From NCBI GenBank assembly GCA_038871515.1, contig JAVZHX010000002.1, positions 68,641-132,640 of the forward strand: 64,000 bases of DNA, written 5' to 3'. This document shows positions 48,008 to 57,040 of this stretch, piece after piece (within the stretch, counting starts at the first letter, position 1; every line of letters begins with the position of its first letter). The position numbers were made by a program, and so were the translations under genes. The stretch comes from Candidatus Micrarchaeia archaeon (lineage in GTDB: Archaea > Micrarchaeota > Micrarchaeia > Burarchaeales > Fermentimicrarchaeaceae). Under the pieces are notes generated by a model. It was not told the origin of the DNA. It searched no databases and was given only the letters and a program-made list of their open reading frames with translations.

Positions 48008-48700
48008 TTACCTCACAACACTTCCGGAATGCTTTCTCCCCTCAACAGCCTTCTCAACATCCCCAAGGTTTTTTCCATAAATAAAATGGGTTTCTATCTT
48101 TGAGCGGGCGATTATTTTGCATGCAATCACATCAAATATGAACCTTGTGCCAGCTTTTCTCTCATCGTGCTGGGAGGCAAGCTGTATCAGTTGGCTGAAG
48201 CTCATCTGAGGAATTTTCCTTGCGCTCCTCTCCTTCCTGGGGTCAGCCGTGTAAACACCATCAACATTGCTTAAATTCACTATTCTCCTTGCACCAAGCA
48301 GCTCTGCAAGCAGAGCAGCATCCGTATCTGTTGTTATACCGGGAATTGTTCCTCCCATCAGCACAATTTTCCCACTGCTAACCCCCGCAGCTGCTTCCCT
48401 GAAACTCCTTGCAACAACAGGGTATGCATCCTCCCCAAGCGCAGCAATGAGAAGCATAGCGTTTGAGCGAGTGCATAGAACTGCAGTTTCATCTGCAAGG
48501 AACTCACTCCCTCCAAGCTTCCTTATTGCAGATGCCTGCTCCCTTGCAGGCGCTCCCCCTCCACAAACAACAGCAATCTCGTGCTTTTTGGATAGTTTTT
48601 TAAGAAGTGCTGCAAGCCCCTTTATGAAAGCAAAATCAGGCTTGCCTGGGTTGATAAGACTTCCGCCAACTGAAAGAACCACCTTCAAGCAATCACCCAT
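48008..48700 (-). CDS. pyrH: UMP kinase
   Basis: SVGGS, GGGAPAR, GGTIPGITTD, VDGVYTADP. Confidence 0.95.
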   Translation of the reverse strand: MGDCLKVVLSVGGSLINPGKPDFAFIKGLAALLKKLSKKHEIAVVCGGGAPAREQASAIRKLGGSEFLADETAVLCTRSNAMLLIAALGEDAYPVVARSFREAAAGVSSGKIVLMGGTIPGITTDTDAALLAELLGARRIVNLSNVDGVYTADPRKERSARKIPQMSFSQLIQLASQHDERKAGTRFIFDVIACKIIARSKIETHFIYGKNLGDVEKAVEGRKHSGSVVR

Positions 48701-48733
48701 TAATATAAAAGGCTTTATAAATATAATTTACTC

Positions 48734-49288
48734 ATGGCGAAGTTCAAAAAAAGTATTGAAAAAATCGTAAAGCTTCTTGAGGAGGAGGAGAGGGAGCAGG
48801 ATGAGCTGCTTAAGCTTACAAGAGAAATTGTAAGGGGCTGCTCTGTTGCGATAAAGTGCATACACTCCAAAGAGCTGAAAGAATCTGAAAGGAGAATTGA
48901 AGAGGTGAAGAAGCTTGTTGAGAAGATGAGTAAGTTTGATAAATTTGAAAATATAACAATTCAGGCTTACCAGGAGTATGCTGAAGCAGGAGTGCTTCTC
49001 TCAATAATAAAGAGAAAGGAAACTCCAACCTATGAGGAGCTTGGGGTTCCTTTCAAAGCATACTTGCTTGGTTTGTTGGACTGCGTTGGGGAGTTGAGGA
49101 GGGAGATGCTGGAGGAATTGAAGAGAGGGAATAAAAGAAACGCGGGTTACTACTTCTCAAAGATGGAGGAGCTATACGAAGCTCTCCTTCCAGTAAGATT
49201 TTCAAATTCCCTCATACCGAACTTCAGGAGGAAGCAGGACGTTGCGAGAATGCAGCTTGAGCAGGCGAGAAGCGAGCTGCTGAGATAG
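48734..49288 (+). CDS. Translin/TRAX-family protein
   Basis: QEYAEA, YLLGLLDCVGELRR, RRKQDVAR. Confidence 0.88.
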   Translation: MAKFKKSIEKIVKLLEEEEREQDELLKLTREIVRGCSVAIKCIHSKELKESERRIEEVKKLVEKMSKFDKFENITIQAYQEYAEAGVLLSIIKRKETPTYEELGVPFKAYLLGLLDCVGELRREMLEELKRGNKRNAGYYFSKMEELYEALLPVRFSNSLIPNFRRKQDVARMQLEQARSELLR

Positions 49289-49294
49289 TGAAAC

Positions 49295-49429
49295 TTTAAA
49301 TAAACTACCTGCGAAATACTGCTTATGATGCCGTTCCAATCCAGTTGACTATGCACTTCTTCTCGGGAGCGGCAGCCCGAATGTTTATGTTTATTAACCT
49401 CAGTGTGAATAAGAATTCAGAGGGGTGTT
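49295..49429 (+). promoter_or_regulatory. serS promoter and unusually long leader with uORF MMPFQSS* and hairpins
   Basis: TTTAAATA at 49295; uORF 49325-49348; TCGGG...CCCGA stem; CCTC/GAGG plus TGAAT/ATTCA stem covering the SD. Confidence 0.35.
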
Positions 49430-50959
49430 GTGATGTTGTTTGAGCTTGAAGCCGTGCTTGAATTCAGCAATGATGTTTCGGGTAAGAAGGATGAGATAGG
49501 CAAGCTTCTGAATAGTGTAAACGAGGAGCTTTTCAAAAGAGGTGCTCCAAAAGGAAAGGAGAGCGAAGCATCTCGGCTTGAGGAGTGGAGCGTTGAGGGA
49601 AACAAGCTGAAAGTGAGGATAACCAGCGGAAGGTATGTGAGGGCGCCAGATGCCCTTCTAAGGTTAAGAAGCCAGCTCAATCTTCTGGGAGCAAAAATAA
49701 AGGCAGGAGTTAGAAGAATTGAGATAAAGAAACTCGAGGTTAAAGGAGTTGAGCTTGGGAGAAAACCATCTGAAGCGGTGAAAGTTGCTTTTTACGTTGA
49801 CAGAATAGATGTGAAAGGAGATAAAGCAGATATAAAATTCTCTCCTTCCTTACCAATTGACGTTATAGAAGCTGGGGGAGTTGACAGGATAGTTGAGCTG
49901 GTTGTTGAGAAAGTTGAAAGGCAGGAGTATGAGGGGAAGGAGGAAGTGAAGAAGCTTCTTTGGGAAAGCAAAGAAAAGAAAATGTTTTTTGACAAAGACC
50001 CAAGCGCTGAGCTTGAGAGGATGAACTGGATAAAGAGAACTCATGCAAAGGGGCAGTTCATTTACGGAAAGAACTTCACGTCAATTGTCAATGCAATTAA
50101 AGAAATTCTGTTGGAGCATCTGTATAAACCGCTTGGGTTCAGGGAGATGATTTTCCCGAAGTTTGAGCCATGGGATGTTCCTAAGAAGTCTGGGCATGCA
50201 AAGAGCATATACCCGGATGCGTATTACGTTATGGTTCCGAAGGTGAGCAACCCGAAGGAGTGGGAGGAGGTGATGGATTACTTCAGAATAACTGGGGAGG
50301 TGTATAAAGAAGGAATAATTAAGAGAGTTGAGCCTGTTGGCATTCTTTCATACGCTCAGTGCCCTCCCTTCTGGCAGTTTTTGGAAGGAAAGGTTATTAG
50401 GGAGGAGTCTCTTCCCCTCAAGTTGTATGACTGGAGCGGTCCAACCTACAGAAACGAAGCAGGAGGAACGCATGGAATTGCGAGGGTGGAGGAGTTTCAC
50501 AGAGTTGAAACTCTTTTCATAGGCTCGCCTGAGCAGGTGAGGGAAACTGCAAAGAAAGTTGAGGAGAAGCTAACCTTCATACTTGATGAGTTGCTTGAGC
50601 TTGAGATTAAGAAATACTCAGTTGTTCCGTGGTGGATGGCGCAGGAAGGGGAGAAGAAGCTTTCTGATAAAGCAACCGAGGGAATTGGGACGATTGACTT
50701 TGAGGCATACCTTCCTTACAAGGGAAGCAGGGAGAGAAGCGAGTGGCTTGAAATTCAGAATGTCAGCGTGATTGGGGAGAAATACCCAAAAGCATTCAGC
50801 GTGAAGTCAACAGGAGGGGAGCTTTGGAGCGGTTGTGCAGGAGGCAGTTTTGAAAGGTGGATATGTGCATTCCTTGCACAGAAAGGGTTTGATAAAAAGA
50901 ACTGGCCTGAGGAAGTTAAAAAGAGGGTGAAAGTTGAGGATGAAGTGAGGTTTGCCTAA
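49430..50959 (+). CDS. serS: Seryl-tRNA synthetase, atypical (methanogen-type)
   Basis: SGRYVRA N-domain, YAQCPPFW, YRNEAGGTHGIARVEEFHRVE, WLEIQN, WSGCAG. Confidence 0.9.
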   Translation: MMLFELEAVLEFSNDVSGKKDEIGKLLNSVNEELFKRGAPKGKESEASRLEEWSVEGNKLKVRITSGRYVRAPDALLRLRSQLNLLGAKIKAGVRRIEIKKLEVKGVELGRKPSEAVKVAFYVDRIDVKGDKADIKFSPSLPIDVIEAGGVDRIVELVVEKVERQEYEGKEEVKKLLWESKEKKMFFDKDPSAELERMNWIKRTHAKGQFIYGKNFTSIVNAIKEILLEHLYKPLGFREMIFPKFEPWDVPKKSGHAKSIYPDAYYVMVPKVSNPKEWEEVMDYFRITGEVYKEGIIKRVEPVGILSYAQCPPFWQFLEGKVIREESLPLKLYDWSGPTYRNEAGGTHGIARVEEFHRVETLFIGSPEQVRETAKKVEEKLTFILDELLELEIKKYSVVPWWMAQEGEKKLSDKATEGIGTIDFEAYLPYKGSRERSEWLEIQNVSVIGEKYPKAFSVKSTGGELWSGCAGGSFERWICAFLAQKGFDKKNWPEEVKKRVKVEDEVRFA

Positions 50960-51348
50960 ATGTATTTCAGTACAATGGGTGTAATAAAGGGTAGTGAAAA
51001 GGTTCTCCCTCTAGTTGTGAGGTATGCAAAATAGAATGGAGGCAGGAAAGTTATAGCTATTATGAATAGAAGATATACGAACCAAAGTAGTGTATCAATC
51101 CATAGTCTAATTCCTGAAAGAGTAAGAGCAAAAAATATTGCGAATAAAACAATATCCAACGCAAAAAGAAAAATTGAGAATAGGAAAGATTGCAACGCAT
51201 GAAATCTAATGTATTTGTCATCTTTTACTAGAAAGTAAATGAGCAAGGGGATAAAAAATCCTATACCACCCGCAAACCAACTCAGATAGAGAAAACCGCT
51301 AAGTAAACTATTCTTTGTGGTAGGCTTAATATTTACTGAATCAAGCAT
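50956..51348 (-). CDS. DUF4870/Tic20-like small membrane protein
   Basis: YL...PLLIY...D.YIRFHALQS, three TM, F.LPFI; start moved to ATG 51348 to avoid overlap with prf1. Confidence 0.75.
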   Translation of the reverse strand: MLDSVNIKPTTKNSLLSGFLYLSWFAGGIGFFIPLLIYFLVKDDKYIRFHALQSFLFSIFLFALDIVLFAIFFALTLSGIRLWIDTLLWFVYLLFIIAITFLPPFYFAYLTTRGRTFSLPFITPIVLKYI

Positions 51349-51391
51349 CAGTTTATATTTAAAATAGTCAGCATATATAAAAGGTATTGCT

Positions 51392-52588
51392 ATGGGCGAG
51401 AGGAGCAAAGCGTTATATGAAATGAAGAAAAAGCTCAGGGAGCTGAGCAACATCGCGGGCAGTGGAACCGAGCTGATTTCTGTTTACATTCCTCCGAAGT
51501 ATTCCATAGCGGAGGTTAGCAATAAATTGAAAGCGGAGTATGGGCAGGCGAGCAACATAAAGTCAAAAAGCACAAGGAAGAATGTGCTTGACGCGCTTGA
51601 GAAAATAATCAACTATCTTAAAATGTTCCGCGAGCCACCGGAGAATGGAATTGCAATCTTCTGTGGTAACGTTTCAAAGGAGCAGGGCAAGCCTGACATA
51701 CAGCTCTTCTCAATCTCTCCTCCTGAGCCAATTCACGTTCAGCTCTACAGATGCGATTCAAGCTTCTTCCTTCAACCTTTGGAGGAGATGCTGGAAGCAA
51801 AGGATACGTATGGATTGGTTGTGATGGATGGAAGGGAGGCAACAATTGCAATTCTGAAAGGAAAGCAAACCAAAATAGTCAGGAAGCTGAACTCAACTGC
51901 GCATTCCAAACTGAGAGGTAAGGGCGGGCAATCCGCTCGTCGGTTTGAGCGACTCGTCGAAGAAGCTATAGAGAAGTATTACAAGAGAATTGGTGAAGCG
52001 ATGGATGAGGTTTTTCTCAACATAAAGGGTTTGAAAGGGGTGATAGTTGGCGGTCCAGGTCCTGCAAAGGAGGATTTTATGAAGCTTAAACCATTCAACT
52101 ACCAATTGAATATACTTGGGGTGGTTGACACTGGCTACACCGAGGAGTATGGAGTTAAGGAGCTTACTGAGAAAGCTGAGCCTCTCATTGCGGAGCAGGA
52201 GGCGGTGAAGGAGAAAATTCTGCTTGACAGATTTATGAAGGAAGTTGTGAAGGATGGGCTTGCAACGTATGGCGAAAAAGAAGTAAGGAAAGCACTGGAG
52301 GAAAACAAGGTTGATTTGCTTCTCCTCTCAGAGGGTTTGAACATAAAAAGGTATGTTGGTGAGTGCACCAACTGCGGAAAGAGAGTTATTGGTGTTTCAA
52401 GCGAGCCTGATAAATGTGAATGCGGGGGGAGGATGAAAGTTGTTGAGGAAAGAGAACTTGCAGATGAGTTGATTGAGCTTGCCGAGTCAAAAGGGGTGAA
52501 AATTGAGATGATTTCAACTGAGACAAGCGAGGGAAGCGAGTTCCTTCAGGGGTTCAGGGGAATTGGCGCTTTTCTCAGGTATAGGTGA
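51392..52588 (+). CDS. prf1: Peptide chain release factor aRF1
   Basis: GTELISVYIP, ASNIKSK, YRCD, GGQSARRF, GPGPAK, GIGAFLRY. Confidence 0.97.
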   Translation: MGERSKALYEMKKKLRELSNIAGSGTELISVYIPPKYSIAEVSNKLKAEYGQASNIKSKSTRKNVLDALEKIINYLKMFREPPENGIAIFCGNVSKEQGKPDIQLFSISPPEPIHVQLYRCDSSFFLQPLEEMLEAKDTYGLVVMDGREATIAILKGKQTKIVRKLNSTAHSKLRGKGGQSARRFERLVEEAIEKYYKRIGEAMDEVFLNIKGLKGVIVGGPGPAKEDFMKLKPFNYQLNILGVVDTGYTEEYGVKELTEKAEPLIAEQEAVKEKILLDRFMKEVVKDGLATYGEKEVRKALEENKVDLLLLSEGLNIKRYVGECTNCGKRVIGVSSEPDKCECGGRMKVVEERELADELIELAESKGVKIEMISTETSEGSEFLQGFRGIGAFLRYR

Positions 52589-52592
52589 TGAG

Positions 52593-54389
52593 TTGCTCTG
52601 GCTGCTTTTCCTTGCTCTTGTGTTTCTTTTTGGTTTTGTGGTTTCTCAAAAATTTTTGAAGGAGGAAGCACTTTTCTCCGCTTTTCCGGTTGGGGTAATC
52701 CTTTCAACGTGGATGGTTTTTCTCATTTCCTTTATAACTGGTTTCAACGCAACGAGCATACTTGCTTCCTCTTTGCTGATGCTGCTCTGTTGTTTTTTTC
52801 TTGGAGTTAAAAAAACCCAGCCTGAAAAATACGCTGTTGCTGTATTTTTTGTTTCACTTGCATTCTTTTCACTGCTGAATCACTTGATGGTGTGGAACTT
52901 TGACAGCAAAGGCAATGCGCTTTCAGCAGTTGTTGTTGATGTTAATTATCACTCAGCAATAGTTACGCCGATGGGGTGGGGTGATAACTTCCCTCCCCTC
53001 TACCCCTATCTTCCTGAGAAGAAACTCACCTATCATTTTCTTTTTGATTTTTTTTCAGCAGTTCTTATGAAGCTTGACTCTGGTTTGCCGATGGCTATGC
53101 AGATTCCCAATTCACTTATTGGCGCATCCTTTGTTAGCTTGCTTTACATTATGATGAGAAAGTTTAAGCTTGGAAAGAAAACTGCGTTGCTTGCAGTTTT
53201 CCTCATTCTATTTAACGGAAACTTTGGTTTCATAGAGTTTTTCAAAGAGCTGCTCAGCATGCCGCAGGAGGAGATTCTGCCATCTCTACTTAAAATGGGG
53301 GTTGGCTCAACCTGGATGCCTGATAAAGGGTATGTGATGGCAAACACAATAACTGAATTCACCTTAAATCAAAGAGTTTTTATGATTGGGATATGCGTTT
53401 TTGCTCTTGTGATAGCTCTGCTCACAAAAGAGGATGAAAAAAGCTTCTTGTTTGCAGCAATAATAACTGGTTTATCCCCTCTGTTCCACATTTACTCATT
53501 CCTAGCAACTGTTTTTTTCTCTCTCCCGTTGCTTGTGAAAAAGAGTTGGAAACAGCTCGTTATTTTTCTCTTCATCGTTGCCCTTCTCGCAACTCCACAG
53601 CTCTCTTACGTATCCGAATCTGGCGAGGGATACCTGCAGTTCAAGCCTGGCTGGTTCACAGAACCGCAGAGCCACTGGCTGAAGGAGAAGCAAAGTTTTC
53701 TTGAATTCTGGCTTAAGAATTTCTCTCCTTACATACTGCTTGCGCTCCTCGGAATGGTTGTTGCACCTCAGCTGAGGGAGATGAGCGGAATGGCATTTGC
53801 CGTGTTCATTTTGTTCAACTTATTTGTAACCCAACCGCTTGCACAGGATAATAGGAAATGGTTGCTGTTTGCTCTGATATTTTTCTCAGCTTCCTCCGCT
53901 TTTTTCATCTCTTACATAAAAAAGAAGTTCAAACACGGCTGGCTTGTTGCAGCAATACTTGTTTTGGTGATGACTCTTGGTGGAATTCAAACAGTTGTTG
54001 GCTGGGCTCAGAACTACGAGCAGGTTTTATTTTATAAGGATGAGCTGAAAGTATGTGAGTTTATTAGAAACAACACTGAAGCAGATGCGCTGATACTTTC
54101 AAATATGCACAGGGATTGTGTGAATAACTGGGGGGGAAGGAGGGTTTTTCTCAGAGTTGACTTTGAATCGCTTACCTGGTATATGGGGCATGGGATAAAC
54201 ACGGATGAATTTGAAAATGAAATGAAAAGAATGCTTGCAGGAGACTGCGAGCTTATAAGGGAAAGGGGAGTTGATTATATATTAATTGATAGCAGGAATG
54301 GTGAATTCCGGCCGAAGCAGTCCTTTCTCAACAGAATGGAAAAGCTTTATGAGGAAAGCACCTTCTCCTTTTATAAAGTAAACTGCTAG
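52593..54389 (+). CDS. Polytopic membrane protein, putative GT-C-fold glycosyltransferase
   Basis: More than 12 hydrophobic segments; first loop D-x-x-YH...NFPP..P..P...LTYHF; soluble C-terminal domain FIRNNT...GGRRV...VDYILI; TTG start after GGTGA. Confidence 0.6.
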   Translation: MLWLLFLALVFLFGFVVSQKFLKEEALFSAFPVGVILSTWMVFLISFITGFNATSILASSLLMLLCCFFLGVKKTQPEKYAVAVFFVSLAFFSLLNHLMVWNFDSKGNALSAVVVDVNYHSAIVTPMGWGDNFPPLYPYLPEKKLTYHFLFDFFSAVLMKLDSGLPMAMQIPNSLIGASFVSLLYIMMRKFKLGKKTALLAVFLILFNGNFGFIEFFKELLSMPQEEILPSLLKMGVGSTWMPDKGYVMANTITEFTLNQRVFMIGICVFALVIALLTKEDEKSFLFAAIITGLSPLFHIYSFLATVFFSLPLLVKKSWKQLVIFLFIVALLATPQLSYVSESGEGYLQFKPGWFTEPQSHWLKEKQSFLEFWLKNFSPYILLALLGMVVAPQLREMSGMAFAVFILFNLFVTQPLAQDNRKWLLFALIFFSASSAFFISYIKKKFKHGWLVAAILVLVMTLGGIQTVVGWAQNYEQVLFYKDELKVCEFIRNNTEADALILSNMHRDCVNNWGGRRVFLRVDFESLTWYMGHGINTDEFENEMKRMLAGDCELIRERGVDYILIDSRNGEFRPKQSFLNRMEKLYEESTFSFYKVNC

Positions 54390-54832
54390 CCTATCATTCT
54401 GGCTATTGCGCAGTCATTCAAAAAATCTGAATCACCTTCAACAACCGCTTTTGATTTGTAGAAAGCAGTTGAATTTTTATTTTGGTTGTAACGTATGTAA
54501 AAAACCGTTGAGCCAGAAATTATTGACTCGCATTCCTTAATTGTTTTTGTTGTGTTTCCATAGAAGCACGTTTCCCCCTCATAAACAAATGTTCTATTCC
54601 TCAACGCATCGTATTTTCCAGTCAAACCAAGCATCATAGCAACGTCAGTGCCGCACTGCATAACCGGGATGGTTATTGGTGAGTGGCGCGTATCCATAAT
54701 AATTGAAATTTTGTTTGTTGCTGCCAGCTCGTTTTTAAATTCGCTCAAGCTCACCCTCTGCTCCACCCCGTATAGTAGGTAAAGGGCTGCAAGTACGACA
54801 ATTAAAACAACCAAGCCAACCAGATACTTCAT
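54386..54832 (-). CDS. N-terminally anchored protein with 4-Cys domain (paralogue of the neighbour's C-terminal domain)
   Basis: Signal-anchor MKYLVGLVVLIVV...; ends KAVVEGDSDFLNDCAIARMIG. Confidence 0.8.
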   Translation of the reverse strand: MKYLVGLVVLIVVLAALYLLYGVEQRVSLSEFKNELAATNKISIIMDTRHSPITIPVMQCGTDVAMMLGLTGKYDALRNRTFVYEGETCFYGNTTKTIKECESIISGSTVFYIRYNQNKNSTAFYKSKAVVEGDSDFLNDCAIARMIG

Positions 54833-56925
54833 CCAATAACCCTTGCTATTATGCATTCATTGAAAAACTTCTCATCTCCTTCAAGAGTTGCTTTCTTTGT
54901 GTATAAAACTTGATAAACTGCTTTATTCTCACCGCTGCGCAGTATTATCACTGGGTTTGCATCAATAGAATTTTCACAGGCTGCTCTGCTTGTTGTTTCG
55001 TTTGCTGCCAAACAATCCTGCCCATCAAACTTATAATGCATAACTGTTTTTCCGATGCTTGTGAGCTTCTCAGCAAGCTTCTCCGAGCAGTTGCTCACTG
55101 CATCCCTCATGCTTCCATTCAACCCTGTTAACTCAGCAACCACCCCAGCTTTTGTTGACTCCTTTAACTCTGAAAGGAATACATCATACGTTGTTGGGTG
55201 CGACTGCATATCTGCTACATTGTAAACTGCAAGCGAGCCGAGTATGAGAAGCAGGGCAAAAAATGCAAAGATGAAACTCCAGAGAATTTTTGCAACTCTT
55301 GGAAGTATTATTCTTCTGGAACGAATTACGTAGAAGAAAGCACCAAGAGAAATTAGAAATATAATTAAATCCGCAACTGCAAGCGCAATTGCTATAAGGG
55401 TGGTTGCATTCCTCTCCTTCTCCTCATAAGAAAGTGGCACGATTGGCTCAAGCAAGCTCAAAGAGATTAAGATAATTGGCTTTGCAACTGCTACAACCAG
55501 ATTGTTAACCTGCTGGGAGCTTGCTGCTTTCTTCTCGTCACGTATTGAAATTGCATTCTGTTTTATACCTTTAAATTCATTAATCAACTGGTTTGTTTCC
55601 TGAATTGTGAAGGGAGAGCTGTTCTGTATTGTGAATTCCAGTGATACTTTCTGCGTGTATAAATCCTCAAGCCTACTTCTTGTTGCAAAATCGCTCTCCT
55701 CAACACGCAGCCATGCTTCAAAAAGCGCATCGGAAGCAGAGCGGTTGCTTTCCATCAGTTCATTGTAAAGCGCAGCAAGCGAAGAAACATGAGATTCAAG
55801 CTCGTCAGCAGCCCTTGAGAAGTTTGCTGAGAGAAGGTTTACCTGCGAGTAGTTCCTCTCATCTCCAAACGCTCGCATCTCAGAAAGTATGTTGTTAACT
55901 TCTTCAAGCTTCTCAGCAGTTTCATTGTCAGTTATATAAGGAAGCAGAAGGTTCAGCGTTCCGGTGAGGTTATTCCTTCTCTCAACCCATACCGAGTAGT
56001 TTGCAAGGAATGACTCCCTCTCCTCCCTTATTGTTCTGTTTATCTTTCTTTCAGGAGTGCTTGCGACAATTGAGGAAACCTGCTGAAGCAATGCGCTTTC
56101 TGTTGGAACTCTGTTGCTCAGCTCAGTTGCCTTGCTTAACGCGGAGTTCAGCGCAGTGAGGTTGTATTCTTTATAGAAATTCCTGCAGAAGTCCAAAGCA
56201 TCCCTACTATGGGTGACTGCGTACTGCTCATAGATTTTAGAGACCGGGGGCTTTCCCAGATCCTCCACTGCAGTTTTTATTGCATTAAGACTCTGCTTTA
56301 TGGCAATTAATGAGGAGGAAACATCTCCTGAGATTGAGTTTGCTAGATTATTATCGAACAAGGTAATATTGCCATAGATTATGACAAAATCATAAGACAT
56401 TCTTTCTACTGCCTTTGCAAGAGGACTGGACATGGGATCCGGCGATGTGAGTGTGTGGTCCATATAATCCTTGCACACCGGAACCGTGCGACAGGACTGA
56501 CAGTTGTTTTCCTTGGTGCAGGTCAAGTGGGGCGAACCGTCTGGCTTGGCAAGGCCAGTTAGCATCCTGCAGTCGAGTTCAGCGGTTCCCCTGCTTAGGA
56601 GGAACATTTGAAAGGATTGATTCAGCGCATCCAGCTCCGCTTTTGTTGGATAAGCAGTTTTAGCATAGTATTCCCTGAGAATTGAGTCAATCTGCTGCTG
56701 GCTTTCGACAAAATATATCCTGTCGCTGAGGTTGAGCAGGAACGTATATGTGTTGTTTATAACAACAATTGAATAGTTTCCTGAAGCAAGGTTCGCGGGA
56801 AGAATCTTAACATCCCTTGTGTAATTCTCCCAAGTGTATAAATAAGGAGTGACAAACTCAGTTATGTTAACTGCGTGCAGAAAAGAAACTAACAACAATA
56901 ATGATACAAGCACCCACTTCTTCAT
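54829..56925 (-). CDS. Large exported membrane glycoprotein (candidate S-layer anchor or stalk)
   Basis: Sec-like signal peptide, Cys cluster, long helical/coiled-coil region, many NxS/T sequons, 2-3 hydrophobic segments, C-terminal 4-Cys domain. Confidence 0.8.
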   Translation of the reverse strand: MKKWVLVSLLLLVSFLHAVNITEFVTPYLYTWENYTRDVKILPANLASGNYSIVVINNTYTFLLNLSDRIYFVESQQQIDSILREYYAKTAYPTKAELDALNQSFQMFLLSRGTAELDCRMLTGLAKPDGSPHLTCTKENNCQSCRTVPVCKDYMDHTLTSPDPMSSPLAKAVERMSYDFVIIYGNITLFDNNLANSISGDVSSSLIAIKQSLNAIKTAVEDLGKPPVSKIYEQYAVTHSRDALDFCRNFYKEYNLTALNSALSKATELSNRVPTESALLQQVSSIVASTPERKINRTIREERESFLANYSVWVERRNNLTGTLNLLLPYITDNETAEKLEEVNNILSEMRAFGDERNYSQVNLLSANFSRAADELESHVSSLAALYNELMESNRSASDALFEAWLRVEESDFATRSRLEDLYTQKVSLEFTIQNSSPFTIQETNQLINEFKGIKQNAISIRDEKKAASSQQVNNLVVAVAKPIILISLSLLEPIVPLSYEEKERNATTLIAIALAVADLIIFLISLGAFFYVIRSRRIILPRVAKILWSFIFAFFALLLILGSLAVYNVADMQSHPTTYDVFLSELKESTKAGVVAELTGLNGSMRDAVSNCSEKLAEKLTSIGKTVMHYKFDGQDCLAANETTSRAACENSIDANPVIILRSGENKAVYQVLYTKKATLEGDEKFFNECIIARVIG

Positions 56926-56994
56926 CTGATCGCCTCAGTTAAAAGAAATGATTGGGGGTATATATAAACTTTTGCAGAGCTCAAGCTGAGTTGA

Positions 56995-57032
56995 ATAAAA
57001 TAAAAAAGAAGAAAGGGAGGGCTTGCGCCCTC
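56995..57032 (-). terminator. Stem-loop plus T-tract terminator of the S-layer gene
   Basis: mRNA sense GAGGGC-GCAA-GCCCTC (57032-57017) followed by CCTTTCTTCTTTTTTATTTT, 8 nt after the stop codon. Confidence 0.75.
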
Positions 57033-57040
57033 AAACCACT

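Noticed and set aside
49340..49429. T-box or SECIS element before serS
   Set aside because: No T-box consensus, too short for stem I, and no in-frame UGA selenoprotein candidate seen nearby
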